Shown here in pieces: positions 27,045 to 39,165 of a DNA stretch of 64,000 bases. Below the pieces are notes generated by a model. That model was not told the origin of the DNA. It saw only the letters and a list, made by a program, of their open reading frames with translations, and did not search any database. The position numbers were made by a program, and so were the translations under genes. Every line of letters begins with the position of its first letter. Within the stretch, counting starts at the first letter, position 1. Source of the DNA: Octopus vulgaris (Eukaryota); contig OX597835.1 of assembly GCA_951406725.2 (NCBI GenBank), positions 36,580,001-36,644,000 of the forward strand, written 5' to 3'.

Positions 27045-29225
27045 GTAAGTATATTGTTAAATTTAACAACAACAACAGTAGTAGCAGCAGTAGTAGTAGT
27101 AGTAGCAGCAGCAGTAGTAGTAGCAGCAGTAGCAGCAGCAGTAGTAGTAGTTGTTGTAGTAGCAGCAGTAGTAATAGTAGTAGTAGTAATAGTAGTAGTA
27201 GTAGTAGTAGTAGAAGTTGCAGCAGCAGTAGTAGTAGTAGTAGTAGTAGTAGTAGCAGCAGTGTTGCCGGGTCATAGTGCTAGTCATCTTATTACCCTTT
27301 TTACATGCTGGCATGGGTTGGACAGTTTGACAAAAACAGATGAGCCTGAGGGCTCTGTCAGGTTCTGTATTGGCCTTGGCATAGATTCCCTTCCTAATGC
27401 CAACTTCTTTACAGAGTGTACTGGGTGCCTTTTTTTGCAAGGCATCAGCACTTGTGGGGGTCGCCAAGTACCCGGAAGATAAGACATGGGTAAAATCTAT
27501 GTTTCCTGTATATTTTGCTTCAGTGCCACTCCAATATTGTTACTACAACACGCACTACACCACCCTGCACCACTGTAAGTTCAACCACATATACTGTAGT
27601 TACAACCACACCACCATAGTCAGCACCAAATCACTACAGTCCGCTCCACACCTCTCTAATGACTACCACACATTCTACAGCTACAACCTAACCTCTGTAG
27701 TCACCAGCACATACTATAGTCATCTCCACTTCACCATAGTCACCTCCATACTACTAGAATCACATTTACTATAGTCAAGTGCCACACCTAGCAGTTGAGG
27801 GAACCTGTGGAAGAGGTAGACCCAAGAAGACATTTGACATTTGAACATTGGGCCTCACTGAGGCAATGACTAGTGACTGGGACCTTTGGAAATATGCTGT
27901 GCTTGAGAAGACTCGGCAAGCGCAAGTGAGACCATAACTTTGTGGCCTATGCCAGGGGTGTAACCAGTCCACTTATGCATACCTTTCCTTCATTGGACAC
28001 TAAACTCTGCTTGCGAAGGCAAGTGAAATCGAAATCAAATTTAATGACTGGCATTTGTGCTAGTGAAATGCTAAGAGTACCATACAAGTGAGATCGTTGC
28101 CAGAGCAACAAGCTAGCCTCCGTGCCGATGGCATGTAAAAAACACCATTTGGGAGTGATCATTACCTGTGTTGTGCAACTATGGGCACTTGTGCTGGTGG
28201 CATGTGGAAAAAAACATTCGAGCGAGATTGTTGCCAGTGCCGCTGGACTGGCTCCTGTACAGGTGGCACATAAAAAGCACCATTTGAGCATGGCCGTTAC
28301 CAGTACCGCCTGACTGGCCCTCGTGCCTGTGGCATGTAAAAGCATCCACTACATTCTCGGAGTGGTTGGCGTTAGGAAGGGCATCCAGCTGTAGAAACTC
28401 TGCCAGATCAGATTGAAGTCTGGCGCAGCCATCTGGTTCGTCAGACCTCAGTCAAATCATCCAACCCATGCTAGCATGGAAAGCAGACGTTAAATGATGA
28501 CGATGATGATGATGACTGCTAATAAGAGAGTGAAGACATGTGGCCTTGCTATTAGAGTGTAACATGCATGATTGCAAGATTGTGGTTTCAATTCTCGGAC
28601 CAGGCGGTACATTGTGTTCTTGAAGAAAACATTTAGAAAGATTGTGCAACTTTGAGGAAGCAAGCTATATCTGTATCACTATGCTGTGCATTTAGGCCAC
28701 AATTACAGCCTTTTCATTTGCTGAGTCAGCCTAGTGTCTCATCATCATCATCATCATCATCGTTTAGCGTCCGCTTTCCATGCTAGCATGGGTTGGACGG
28801 TTCAACTGGGATCTGGGAAGCCAGAAGGCTGCACCAGGCCCAGTCTGATCTGGCTATGTTTCTACGGCTGGATGCCCTTCCTAACGCCAACCAATCAGTG
28901 AGTGTAGTGGGTGCTTTTTATGTGCCACCGGCACAGGTGTCTGACATTATTTATTTGAAAAGTAAGGTGAAAAAGAAAAAAGTTAGAAGTAAGTTAGTGC
29001 TCTTGAAATAGGTGTCCCCCTCCAAAAAACAGACACACCCTGCAGGTATGTTCAGTATGATAGAATACAATTCTATGTTAACAAATTAATGCAAATAAAG
29101 GAGGCTAACTGACCAGATCACTGGAACATTATGGTTCCATTAACAGTTCCACTCATGGTGATGGCCATGTGATTCTCGGATTACATATCTTATACTATTT
29201 AGTGTGTGTGTGTCAATATGTGTGT

Positions 29226-30020
29226 AGGTGCAGGCGTGGTTGGGTGGTAAGCAGCTTATTTATCAGCCACATGGTTCCGGGTTCAGTCCCACTGCGTGGC
29301 ATCTTGGGCAAGTGTCTTCTGCTATAGCCCTGGGTCGACCAATGCCTTGTGAGTGGATTTGGTAGACGGAAACTGAAAGAAGCCTGTCGTATATATGTAT
29401 ATATATATATATATATATATGTGCGTGTGTGTTTGTGTGTCTGTGTTTGTCCCACTAGCATTGCTTGACAACCGATGCTGGTGTGTTTACGTCCCCGTAA
29501 CTTAGCGGTTCGGCAATAGAGACCGATAGAATAAGTACTAGGCTTACAAAGAATAAGTCCTGGGGTCCATTTGCTCGACTAAAGGCGGTGCTCCAGCATG
29601 GCCGCAGTCAAATGACTGAAACAAGTAAAAGAGTATACTACTTAGTGTGTGTGTGTGTCTATAAGCGTGTAGGTGCAGGCGTGGTTCTGTGGTAAGCAGC
29701 TTATTTTCCAGCTACATGGTTCAGGGTTCAGTTCCACTGCATGGCACCTTGGGCAAGTGTCTTCCACTATAGCCTCAGGTCGACCAAAGCCTTGTGAGTG
29801 GATTTAGTAGAAGGAGACTGAAAGAAGCCTGTCGTGTGTGTGTGTTTGTCCCCCCCTCCATCACCGTTTGACAACCGGTGTTGGTGTGTCTGCATCCCTG
29901 TGACTTGGTGGTTCGACAAAAGAGACCGATAGAATAAGTACTGGGGTTGATTCATTCGGCTAAAAATTCAAGGTGGTGCCCCAGCATGGCCGCAGTGTAA
30001 TGACTGAAACAAGTAAAAGA
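29226..30020 (+). mobile_element. Two adjacent SINE family A copies
   Basis: Two heads (about 29226 and 29672), each followed by the family A body and tail. Confidence 0.8.
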
Positions 30021-30126
30021 TGTAAGATATATATCTTCGATCTACTTTCTCTTTTTTGTTTTTTTAGATTTTTTTTCTTTATTTTCTTCCTTTTGTCTAT
30101 TTAAAAATTTTTGTCTTCTTTTCCAG

Positions 30127-30249
30127 TTTTACCTTTTGTTCGGAATCCAGAAGAACATCCATTATTTTCAATCCATTTCACACGCCAATGGCAGGAAACC
30201 TATTTTCTATCACTTCACAACTTCCTCAGCGCTGTCTTACAAGTTATCC
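30127..30249 (+). CDS. WDR91: WDR91 coding exon 3
   Basis: Acceptor ttttccag; ILPFVRNPEEHPLFSIHFTRQWQETYFLSLHNFLSAVLQVI; ends at the U12-type donor C/ATATCCTTT, phase 1. Confidence 0.9.
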
Positions 30250-31756
30250 ATATCCTTTTTCTGTATGCGTGTTTGAAGATTCTTAGTCTTCTAACAAAAT
30301 TTTTGTGCACTTTTTTTATTACTTTTCTGATTATTAAAATATTCTTCTTATAAGCCCATATTCATACGTACATACATACTTACACCCTACCACAAAAACA
30401 CATATTGTTTCTTTTGTTCCTTCTCGAGCCATGCCTGGCTCATAAGGGCCGGTTTCTTGGCGTATAGGTTCCCCACCTGGACGGGACACCAGTCCGTCGC
30501 AGATGAGCTGCAAGATGCAGGAGGCAAGAGTGAGAGAAAGTTGTAGCGAAAGAGTCAGCAGAAGTTTCGCCATTACCTTCTGCCGGAGCCACGTGGAGCT
30601 TAGGTGTTTTCGCTCATAAACACACACATCGCTTGGTCTGAGATTTGAACCCGCAATCCATAGACCGCGAGTCCGCTGCTCTAACCACTAGGCCATGTGC
30701 CTCCACTAAAAAATTGTTTTGACTGAAGCTCTTATGATACTACTAATTTATCTTTGCAACACATATTGTTGCTATTATGCAAAACTGTTGTAAGTCCAAA
30801 ACGTTGCTTTTTCAGTAAATGTAAAAAGAGTTTTGCCATTCCATTACTTTTTACATTAGCAACAGTTTCAGCTTAACAATGACACTTTGTTGGGTGCATA
30901 AAATCGTTGGCAAAACCCTTCGTTTGTGGGACTTATTACACTTTTGAAAAATGCAAAACTGTTGTACTATACTTTGACAATTTTCATCTGAAGGAGCTGG
31001 AGATACAATAGTTTGACAAAAGAACTGGGTATTGCAAGCAAAATTAAATATTGCAAAAAAAAAAATGCATTTGGCCAAATTTGGACATACTACAGTTTAA
31101 CATAATATCTCTATCCGCTCAGTCGAAATCAACTCTCGGTTACTCGATGGATCAGTGTCCTCCAGTCAGTTCTATCCTGGGCCACTTCTCTCAGATTGGC
31201 TATGTCCATTCCGGTATCACTCTTGATAGTGTCAAGCCAGCAGGTTCTTGGTCGGCCTCTTCCTCTCTTGCCACTGACCATTCCAAGCATGATGTCCTTC
31301 TCCAGGGATTTTCTCCGCATAATATGACCAAAATATGCCAATCTATGCTTGGTGATCCTAGCTTCTAGCGACATTTTCGGCCTGATCTTAAGAATTTCTC
31401 CATTGGTGAGCCTCACTGTCCATGGAATCCGCAAAAGTCTTCTCCAACACCAAAGCTCGAATGCATTAATTCTCTTCTGGTTAACATAATAGCAATGATA
31501 TATATAATGTCCAGCCCATATAGATGGGCTGGACATGTCGCCTGGCTCACCGATAATCGGCGGTCCGCGCAGTTGTCGAGTGGTACTCGCGCGAGCGGTA
31601 ACCACCACTTGGAAAGCCTCCACGATGGTGGAGTTACGATTTCAGGAGGACAATTGGGATCACGTGGATGAGAAAGGCGCGATCCAGTGGACTTAACTGA
31701 TTGGATTTCAGTTAAGGATTTCATTTTGTGTGATTTTTCCTTAATTCCATTTCCAC
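30250..31756 (+). other. U12-type AT-AC intron (WDR91 intron 3)
   Basis: 5' site ATATCCTTT at 30250; branch-site match TTTTCCTTAAT at 31735-31745; terminal AC at 31755-31756. Splicing gives an ungapped QVIPRPTLLAF, aligning with vertebrate QCMPVPVILNF as I recall it. Confidence 0.88.
31110..31480 (-). mobile_element. RTE-clade (BovB-like) LINE 3' fragment inside the U12 intron
   Basis: RINAFELWCWRRLLRIPWT...YFGHIMRR...KRGRGRPRTCWLD...QDRTDWR. Confidence 0.88.
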
Positions 31757-31839
31757 CCCGTCCAACACTGCTTGCTTTTGAAGAAGACACACTTCAGAAG
31801 AAGAAAATCCTACAAGAAAATGAAATGCTGAAAATGAAG
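31757..31839 (+). CDS. WDR91: WDR91 coding exon 4
   Basis: Follows the AC acceptor; PRPTLLAFEEDTLQKKKILQENEMLKMK (coiled-coil-like); donor AAG/gtattg, phase 0. Confidence 0.88.
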
Positions 31840-32536
31840 GTATTGGTTCTCAGTACATCTTTTCTTTCTTTCCTTCCTTCCTTCCTTTCTTTCTTTCACA
31901 TAAAAAACACCCACTACACTCATGGAGTGGTTGTCATTAGGAAGGGCATCCAGCTGTAGAAACTCTGCCAGATCAGACTGGAGCCTGGTGCAGCCTCCAT
32001 GGCTTACAAGACCCTGGTCGAACTGTCCAACCCATGCTAGCATGGAAAACGGACGTTAAATGATGATGATATGTCAATTTAGTCAAAAATATACTGGACC
32101 TGATTTAAAGATGGAATGTCATGGTTGGATTCCTTTGATCCTATGTCTCCTCAGTTACTGGCTCAGGGAAAGATTTTTTTGGTGGGGGCAGATGAGAGAG
32201 GGAGGGTAGCTTCTGGGGGTCTTTGGTTGCTTGCCTGCTTTATTGAGTGAATGAGCATAGTTAACCCTTCATTATTTAATCCGTTAGCATTTAAACTGGT
32301 GATGTCCAGCCCGAATATTCTACCTGTTTTATGTTCAAACTGGTCAGATCCTGTCTCCCATGCTGACCCTACATTGTAAAAATGAAGTTACGTCATCAAA
32401 ATCTCAATGCATGATTAATTTTTAAAATGTGTATAAATAAGCATTACCTTTGACAGTGTAATCTGAATGCTAAATTTTACTGTTTCACGTTCAAACCACC
32501 CGGATTTGGCACCCTTACACCAGCCCTACAATGTCA

Positions 32537-33006
32537 TCTCTATATATATAAACGGCAAAATGTCTGTCTGTGTGTGTGTATATCCTTTATACAAATCCAC
32601 AATTTTTCAGTTAAAGGGCTCGCACTTTCTATGGTCATTTAAAACCATCCAAGGGTGGTCGTGCACATCTTTACATTTCCCCAGTCACCCCGCAAAGCCA
32701 TTAAAAAAAATCAATAGAAGTGACTTTTTTTGTGAATTTTCTATCCAAAACCCAATCAAAATGCCTGAATCTTGATACGCCAATTAAATGCCAGCTAGCT
32801 GTATGTGATTGGTCAGAGATTTGGACAGTACTCGCGTGTATGTGCGCATCCACGCAGCTGTATATGCATGCACTAGCACTATGACCCAGCGTTGCCGGGT
32901 CATAGTGCTAGTATATATATATTTGTATATATATATATATATTTATTTGTGTGTATATATATATATACTAGCACTATGACCCGGCAACGCCAGGTCATAG
33001 TGCTAG
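32537..33006 (+). mobile_element. Non-autonomous Helitron with two tandem 3' termini
   Basis: 5' TC(TC)TATATATATAAA; 3' palindrome gcactatgaccc...gggtcatagtgCTAG at 32911 and again at 33006; inserted between A and T with no TSD. Confidence 0.72.
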
Positions 33007-33371
33007 TTCTAGAATAAAGCAATCACCTCATTGAAGTCTCAAAGCTACAAGATATCATCATCATCATTTAATGTCTGTTGTCCATGCTGGCATGGGTTGA
33101 ATAGTTTGATCAGAGCTGGTAAGCTGGAGAGCCACGCCTGATTTGGCATGGTTTCTACAGCTGGATGCCTTTCCTAACTCCAACCACTTTACAAGGTGTG
33201 CTGGATGCTTTTGACAGAGTAATCCTATCGCTAAAGGGTCGATATAAAGTTAATTACTATACCATATTTAGATTGGTGCTCATAGGGCCTTAGCTTTGTC
33301 CAGACCACCACAGTCTTCCTTTTGCCATGATATTAACAAATGTATGTTTACTTTGCTCTTGCTCTTCCCAG

Positions 33372-33496
33372 CTTCATGCCCAGATCCAAGCTGAAGCGGC
33401 CAAACACAGTAACAGTGGGGAACGACGACACACAGTCTCTGCTGACCTTGTGCACCCTTCTGAGGAATTGATCTTTGATTTTTCCGGTCTTTCAGA
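33372..33496 (+). CDS. WDR91: WDR91 coding exon 5
   Basis: Acceptor tcttcccag; LHAQIQAEAAKHSNSGERRHTVSADLVHPSEELIFDFSGLS; donor GA/gttagt, phase 2. Confidence 0.8.
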
Positions 33497-33644
33497 GTTA
33501 GTATTTCTTATTCTTAATCTAAACTTTGTATCTCTAAAATGGATGTTTGTCTGTGATATGGTTTTTTGTTTTTCTTAATATTCCTTTGTTTTTTTGGGTT
33601 ATTTTTTTGTCACATTAACTTCTTAACAACATCCTTTAAACACT

Positions 33645-33975
33645 TCTTAGCAACATTCTTTGAAAAGGTTAGCAACATTTGCCCCCTCCCCCGTTAGCAA
33701 CATTTGTTGTCCCCTTGTAAGCAGCATTTGTTCTCCCCCTTGTTAGCAACATTTGTTGCTCCCCCTGTTAGCAACATTTGTTGTCCCCTTGTTAGCAACA
33801 TTTGTTTCCCCTTGTTAGCAACATTTGTTGTCCTCCTTGTTAGCAGCATTTGTTGTCCCCTTGTTAGCAACATTTCTTGTTCCCTTGTTAGCAACATTTG
33901 TTTTTCCCTTGTTAGCAACATTTGTTGGCAACTTGTTAGCAACATTTGTCAGCCACTTGTTAGCAACATTTGTTA
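33645..33975. repeat. Minisatellite, 24-27 bp unit (ttgttagcaacatttgttgtcccc)
   Basis: About 12 tandem units. Confidence 0.9.
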
Positions 33976-34388
33976 AACATGTTACCAAACACTCATCAAA
34001 CACTTGTGTACAAAATTCTTCTGGAATTTGCTAGTTACATTCACCGAGCATTTGTTGGCAACATTTGCAGATGGGCTTCTTTGAAGCAGCATCAGTTGTC
34101 AAGCAATGCTGTGGGGATAAAGATAGGCACACAAATATATACACACACATACATATATATATGACGGGCTTCTTTTCAGTTTCCGTCTGCCAAATCCACT
34201 CACAAAGCTTTGGTCGTGCCATGCAGTGGGACTGAACCCAGAACCCTGTGGTTGGTAAGCAAGCTACTTACCACACAGCAACTCTGTGATATCATTTAGT
34301 AAATGAAGAATAAAGAGGTTAATTTCTTGTCCAAATGGGAATCAAATGTTTGATTGTTATAATATTTCTTCTTCCTGCCATATTGCAG

Positions 34389-34758
34389 TGAGTCTCTCAA
34401 TGAAAAGACTAAGAAGACCGGGAAACGGTTTGCGCTGAATTTCTCTTCATCACCTCTGCTTGGCAAGAAATTAAGTGTGGCCACTTTAAAGAAATCAGAA
34501 TCATCGACGGCTCCAAAAGAAGTACCGAAATCTTCAAAAAACCGAAACAACCAGGGCTTCCCTATAATCAACGGAGCACAGGCTAACACGAGTGGACTGA
34601 AAGTTGGTTCATTTGGCAACATATCCGGATCACCTTCACACTCTGAGGAAAGTCTTTCAGGAGTGGCCAGCAGCCGATCTCGACACCAAATGGAGGAGTA
34701 CGAAAAGCAGCGGCGAGCCCTTCTTGGACTGTCCGATTCCAGCCGTTCCAAAGATAAG
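34389..34758 (+). CDS. WDR91: WDR91 coding exon 6 (Ser/Lys-rich linker)
   Basis: Acceptor tattgcag; phase matches exon 5 (GA+T=Asp); open frame ESLNEKTKKTGKRFALNF...SSRSKDK; donor AAG/gtaaaa, phase 0. Confidence 0.78.
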
Positions 34759-35689
34759 GTAAAAAAAATAACTTCCTCTCTGTATTTGCTCTTTTTTCTT
34801 TTTTTTTGTTTTCTCTGTTTTTATTACTTAACAGTATGACTATCTGCCACCCCATCCCCACCCCTCTCTTTTACTGTTTTTCTTCAAATCGATGACAGTG
34901 CTCCAGCATGGCCTTACCTGTGATTATTTATACTATTAATAAAAAGGGCGGCGAGATGGCAGAACCGTTAGCGCACCAGGCAAAATGCTTAGTGGTATTT
35001 CGTCTACCGTTACGTTCTGAGTTCGAATTCCGCCGAGGTTGACTTTGCCTTTCATCCTTTCGGGGTCGATGAATAAAGTACCAGTTTCGCACTGGGGTCG
35101 ATGTAATCGACTTAATCCGTTTGTCTGTCCTTGTTTATCCCCTCTACGTTTAGCCCCTTGTGGGTAGTAAAGAAATATATTTATACTACTAATAAACTTA
35201 AAAAAACAAGAATTTCTGAAAACCATTTTGCCTGCCAAAGGGAAGGTTGGGTTTTGCAGGTTCCAAGACTGTCCACTAATAATACTTGTCATCTTTCCAT
35301 TTTTAATGCAGCGTTTTATGAAATGCATCAGAAGGGATGCAGTGCATGTGTCTGTCTGTCTGTCTGTCTTGCCCGCTCTCTCTTTATATATATCTCTTTG
35401 TCCTGCTCTTTCTCTGTCTGTCTCTATCTGTCCATCTGTTTATATATGTAAAGATGTGATTCATGGAAGTCTGGTTAACAACCATCACATGTTGTTAAGC
35501 CATGGAAGTGCATGCCTATATGTGCATGCATTCATTCATGCATGCACTCACACCAGGCTTTTGACCCGGCACCATAATAAGACTCTTGCCTGTATATGCA
35601 TGTCATCATCATCATCATCATTTAATGTCCATCTTCCATGTAAATATGTATATACATATGAAATAATGGAAGGAGCCAGACCAAGATTT

Positions 35690-36960
35690 TAAAAAAGAAA
35701 ATTTTTCCCAAAATATTACTGGAAGTTTGTAAATATCGTCGACATGTGGAAGACAGTTTAGGCGGGCGTTTGAAACAGCTCCACTGTCACAACTCACCAC
35801 TTCTTGAATTAGAAATAATTTTGAAGCAAACGGAACTGTTCAGGATGTCCATAAGAAACGTCCCCAGAAGATCGCAAACATCAAAGAATTCCACTAAACA
35901 AGAAAGGATACAAGAAACGTATTGCCAGAGCTAAAGGAAGTCTGTGTGGCAAGCAAGTTGTGAGAGAGGAATTTCAAAATCCAGCATCCATCGCAATCTG
36001 AAGCGCTGTCATTGGTAAAAATTTACATTCCAAGAACAGCCCGTTCTCTTAATGAAGACAATCTGGATGAAAGAGTAGCGTGTTGGAAGTGGTACTTGGT
36101 AAGATATGCAGAAGATACACACTCTCCTCCAGTGAAAATTGTTTGGAGTGATGAGACTATGTTTAACCTTTTAGCATTTAAACCGGCCACATCCGGCCAA
36201 AAGTATTCTGCCTGTTTTATGTTCAAACTGGCCATATCTGGTCTTTCACACCAACTCTACAATATCGTTTTAAAAATTAACAGCTACTTTATCAAAATCT
36301 CATAGCTACAAGATAATGCATGATTAGTTCAAAACAATGTGGATGAAGAAGAATTAATTTTGGCAGAATAATGCGAACACTAAAGGTTTAAATTAAAATG
36401 GCTCAATTAACTGCTTCATTTGCACTGACTGGGGATCAGAGAATCCGCATAGTACAGAGGAATATCATGTTAATTTACCAGGAATTACAGTACCATGCAG
36501 CTTATCAGCAAAAGGATTAATTGGAACATTCTTTTATTACTTTTCTGTGACTAGTTCCATTTTCTTGAACTTCTGCAATGATCTGTCATGCTAAGCATTC
36601 AAGAGGACGTTGAAGATATGGAGTTTTATTTCCAGCAAGATGGAGGTAACCCCACACTATCATCATAATAATGTAAGGATCTACCTTGATGAGATTTTGT
36701 CAAATAGGTTGATTGGATGAAGAGGTTCAGTAAAATGCCTTCTATGTTCACCTGGCTCACACCACAAGGATTTTTTTTTTCAATTATTATTGTTACATAA
36801 AGCATAAACTTTATTGTACAAAATCGGCAACAGCTGATGAAAATTGAGGGTGGCCATGGAATGCAAGTACCGAGCAAAATATTTCTTGGTATTTCCATTG
36901 CTTCAACACCATCAGCGGTACCTCAATCAGTGCAGTCATCTGTTTGAAAACAGGCTTTCC
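35690..36960 (+). mobile_element. Highly decayed Tc1/mariner (rosa-like) transposase remnant, interrupted by a TTAA MITE at about 36165-36388
   Basis: Fragments IVWSDETMF and FYFQQDGG.PHY. Confidence 0.55.
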
Positions 36961-38406
36961 TAAAAAAAAAATTTAATTCTGTCTGTTTGTAGATTCTGTT
37001 ATTTTATTTATTTATTATTTATTTATTTTTTCATGATGCTGGCATTAGTGAGGTCACCAAGTGACCTGCAAGAAAAGGCAAAGAAAAAGCCTCCCCAACT
37101 GAGTAGGTGTGTATTTGAGTAAGATAGAAGTGGCTTTGTGCTTGGTGTTGACTGGTGAAAGTATGATAGATGTACAATCACTGCTGTCTTACTTTAGAGG
37201 GCTACCCTACATTACTACAAGGGTGGGTGAGAGTAGCAGGGAAGAAAATAAAGATGGTAGTGGCTAGGTGAAGGTGCATGGCTCAGTGGTTAGAGCATCA
37301 GGCTCCCAATCATGAGGTAATGAGTTTGATTCCTGGTCTGGGTTGTGTGCTGTGTTCTTGAGCAAGACACTTTATTTCACGTTGCTCCAGTTCACTCAGC
37401 TATAGAAATGAGTTGTGACATCACTGGTGGTGCCAAGCTGTAGCTGCCTTTCACTTTCCCTTGGATAACATCAGTGGCATGGAGAGGGGAGGCTGGTATG
37501 CATGGGTGACTGCTGGTCTTCCATAAACAACCTTGCCTGGACTTGTGCTTCAGAGGGTAACTTTCTAGGCACAATCTCTTGGTCATTCATGACCAAAGGG
37601 GGTCTTTACCCTTTACCCTTGTGACAGGATGCCAGAACAAACTCTCAGTGTATGAAAAGGTGAATATAAAAGAGAATAGGATACAGTGGAGAAGGCTAGC
37701 CTGTGGATTTGGTTAAAAAGAGACGATGAGCGATGGCTAGAAGAATATTGAGCTTTATTTGATAACCAGCTGATCTAGCAAGTGGGGCCTCTCATCAGTG
37801 AGGGGGGAGCCGGTGTGCATTGACGCCGTCGAGAGGTAGGCCCCGAAACAGCGCGCATTCTCTCCTGATGACCCCATACACTTGCTGGCTTCCGACATGC
37901 GGAGTTTTTGACTGGTAGCACTTGCATGTGCAAGTTGTTTGCAAGACGTAGTGGGTGGGGAGGAGAAGGAGAAGACGGATAATCTCATAAGCGTGGAAGG
38001 GGTGAATAACAGAGTGGTGGCGGTGTTCTTAATGGTAATAAGCAGAAAGAAGAGGTGGAAGGTTAGAAAGGTAGAAAGAGGAGGGGACAAATGGCAGCCC
38101 CGGGGTCGGAGAAGAGCAAAACCTGTAGATTGATCAGAAGTAAGGGGACTATGTGCAGGGTGTAAGAGTGGAGGGAGGGAGATATACAGTGACAGAGCTA
38201 GAGGTCAGAGGTACATCAGTGGTGGTGGTGGTGGTGGTGGTGGGGCTATAACATGGTGGGTGAGGACATCGATGGTGGATACAAGAGAGTGTTGAGAATG
38301 ATAGCAGATATGAAAGATATTTTAAAAAGGAGGTGTGGCAAATCTAATATGCCACTTGAATGAGAGTGAGCGATGACTAAAGACACAGAAAGGGTTTAAT
38401 CATTAA

Positions 38407-38623
38407 CCCTTTAGCATTCAGATAATTGGGTCAAATTTTATGCTCATTTATTCACATTCTTTTGAGTTCATCATGGATTATCTCATAACTTCGAGATTTT
38501 AATGTGATTGCTTATTTCTAGAAAGACATTGTAGGGAAGGTGTGAGAGGCTGGATCTGACCAGTTTGAATGTAAAAGCGGTAGGATATTTGAGCTGGATA
38601 TGGCCAGTTTAAGTGCTAAAGGG
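38407..38623. mobile_element. piggyBac-like MITE (related copies about 32279-33240, 36165-36388, 41636-41852 and 52307-52700)
   Basis: TTAA-ccctttagca ... tgctaaaggg-TTAA. Confidence 0.7.
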
Positions 38624-38664
38624 TTAATGAAAACGAAGGATGGATTTTAGTAGGAAGTTGTTTA

Positions 38665-39066
38665 GGCGCAGGAGTGGCTGTGTGGTAAGTAGCTTGTTTA
38701 CCAACCACATGGTTCTGAGTTCAGTCCCATTGCATGGCACCTTGGGCAAGTGTCTTCTACTATAGCCTCGGGCCAACCAAAGCCTTGTGAATGGATTTGG
38801 TAGACGGAAACTGAAAGAAGCTTGTTGTATATATGTATATATATGTGTGCGTGTATGTTTGTGTTTGTCCCCCTAGCATTGCTTGACAACCGATACTGGT
38901 GTGTTTATGTCCCCGTCAGTTAGCGGTTCTGCAAAAGAGACCGATAGAATAAGTACTGGGCTTACAAAGAATAAGTCCCGGGGTCGATTTGCTCAATTAA
39001 AGGCGGTGCTCCAGCATGGCCGCAGTCAACTGACTGAAACAAGTAAAAGAGTAAAAGAGTAAAGAG
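38665..39066 (+). mobile_element. Full-length SINE family A (further copies 26363-26640 +, 44087-44500 +, 49425-49815 -)
   Basis: Head ggcgcaggagtggctgtgtggtaag...ttcagtccc; tail (gagtaaaa)n. Confidence 0.88.
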
Positions 39067-39165
39067 AGCAGGAACTGGTAACTCAAAAGGTTAGGAGGGA
39101 GATATGTGCCGATTCCACCCTCAAGTGATTACAGCAGTTGAGTAGTGCCATAGTTAGAAGAGTAA

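Noticed and set aside
27045-27277. Poly-Ser extension of the exon 2 ORF
   Set aside because: It lies after a strong gtaagt donor; it is an intronic (AGT/AGC)n microsatellite.
33645-33975. 24-27 bp repeats as CRISPR or coding sequence
   Set aside because: Head-to-tail minisatellite without spacers.
37765-37880. CTGATGA and GAAAC motifs around a ggggcct/aggcccc stem
   Set aside because: Motif order and strands do not give a consistent hammerhead topology.
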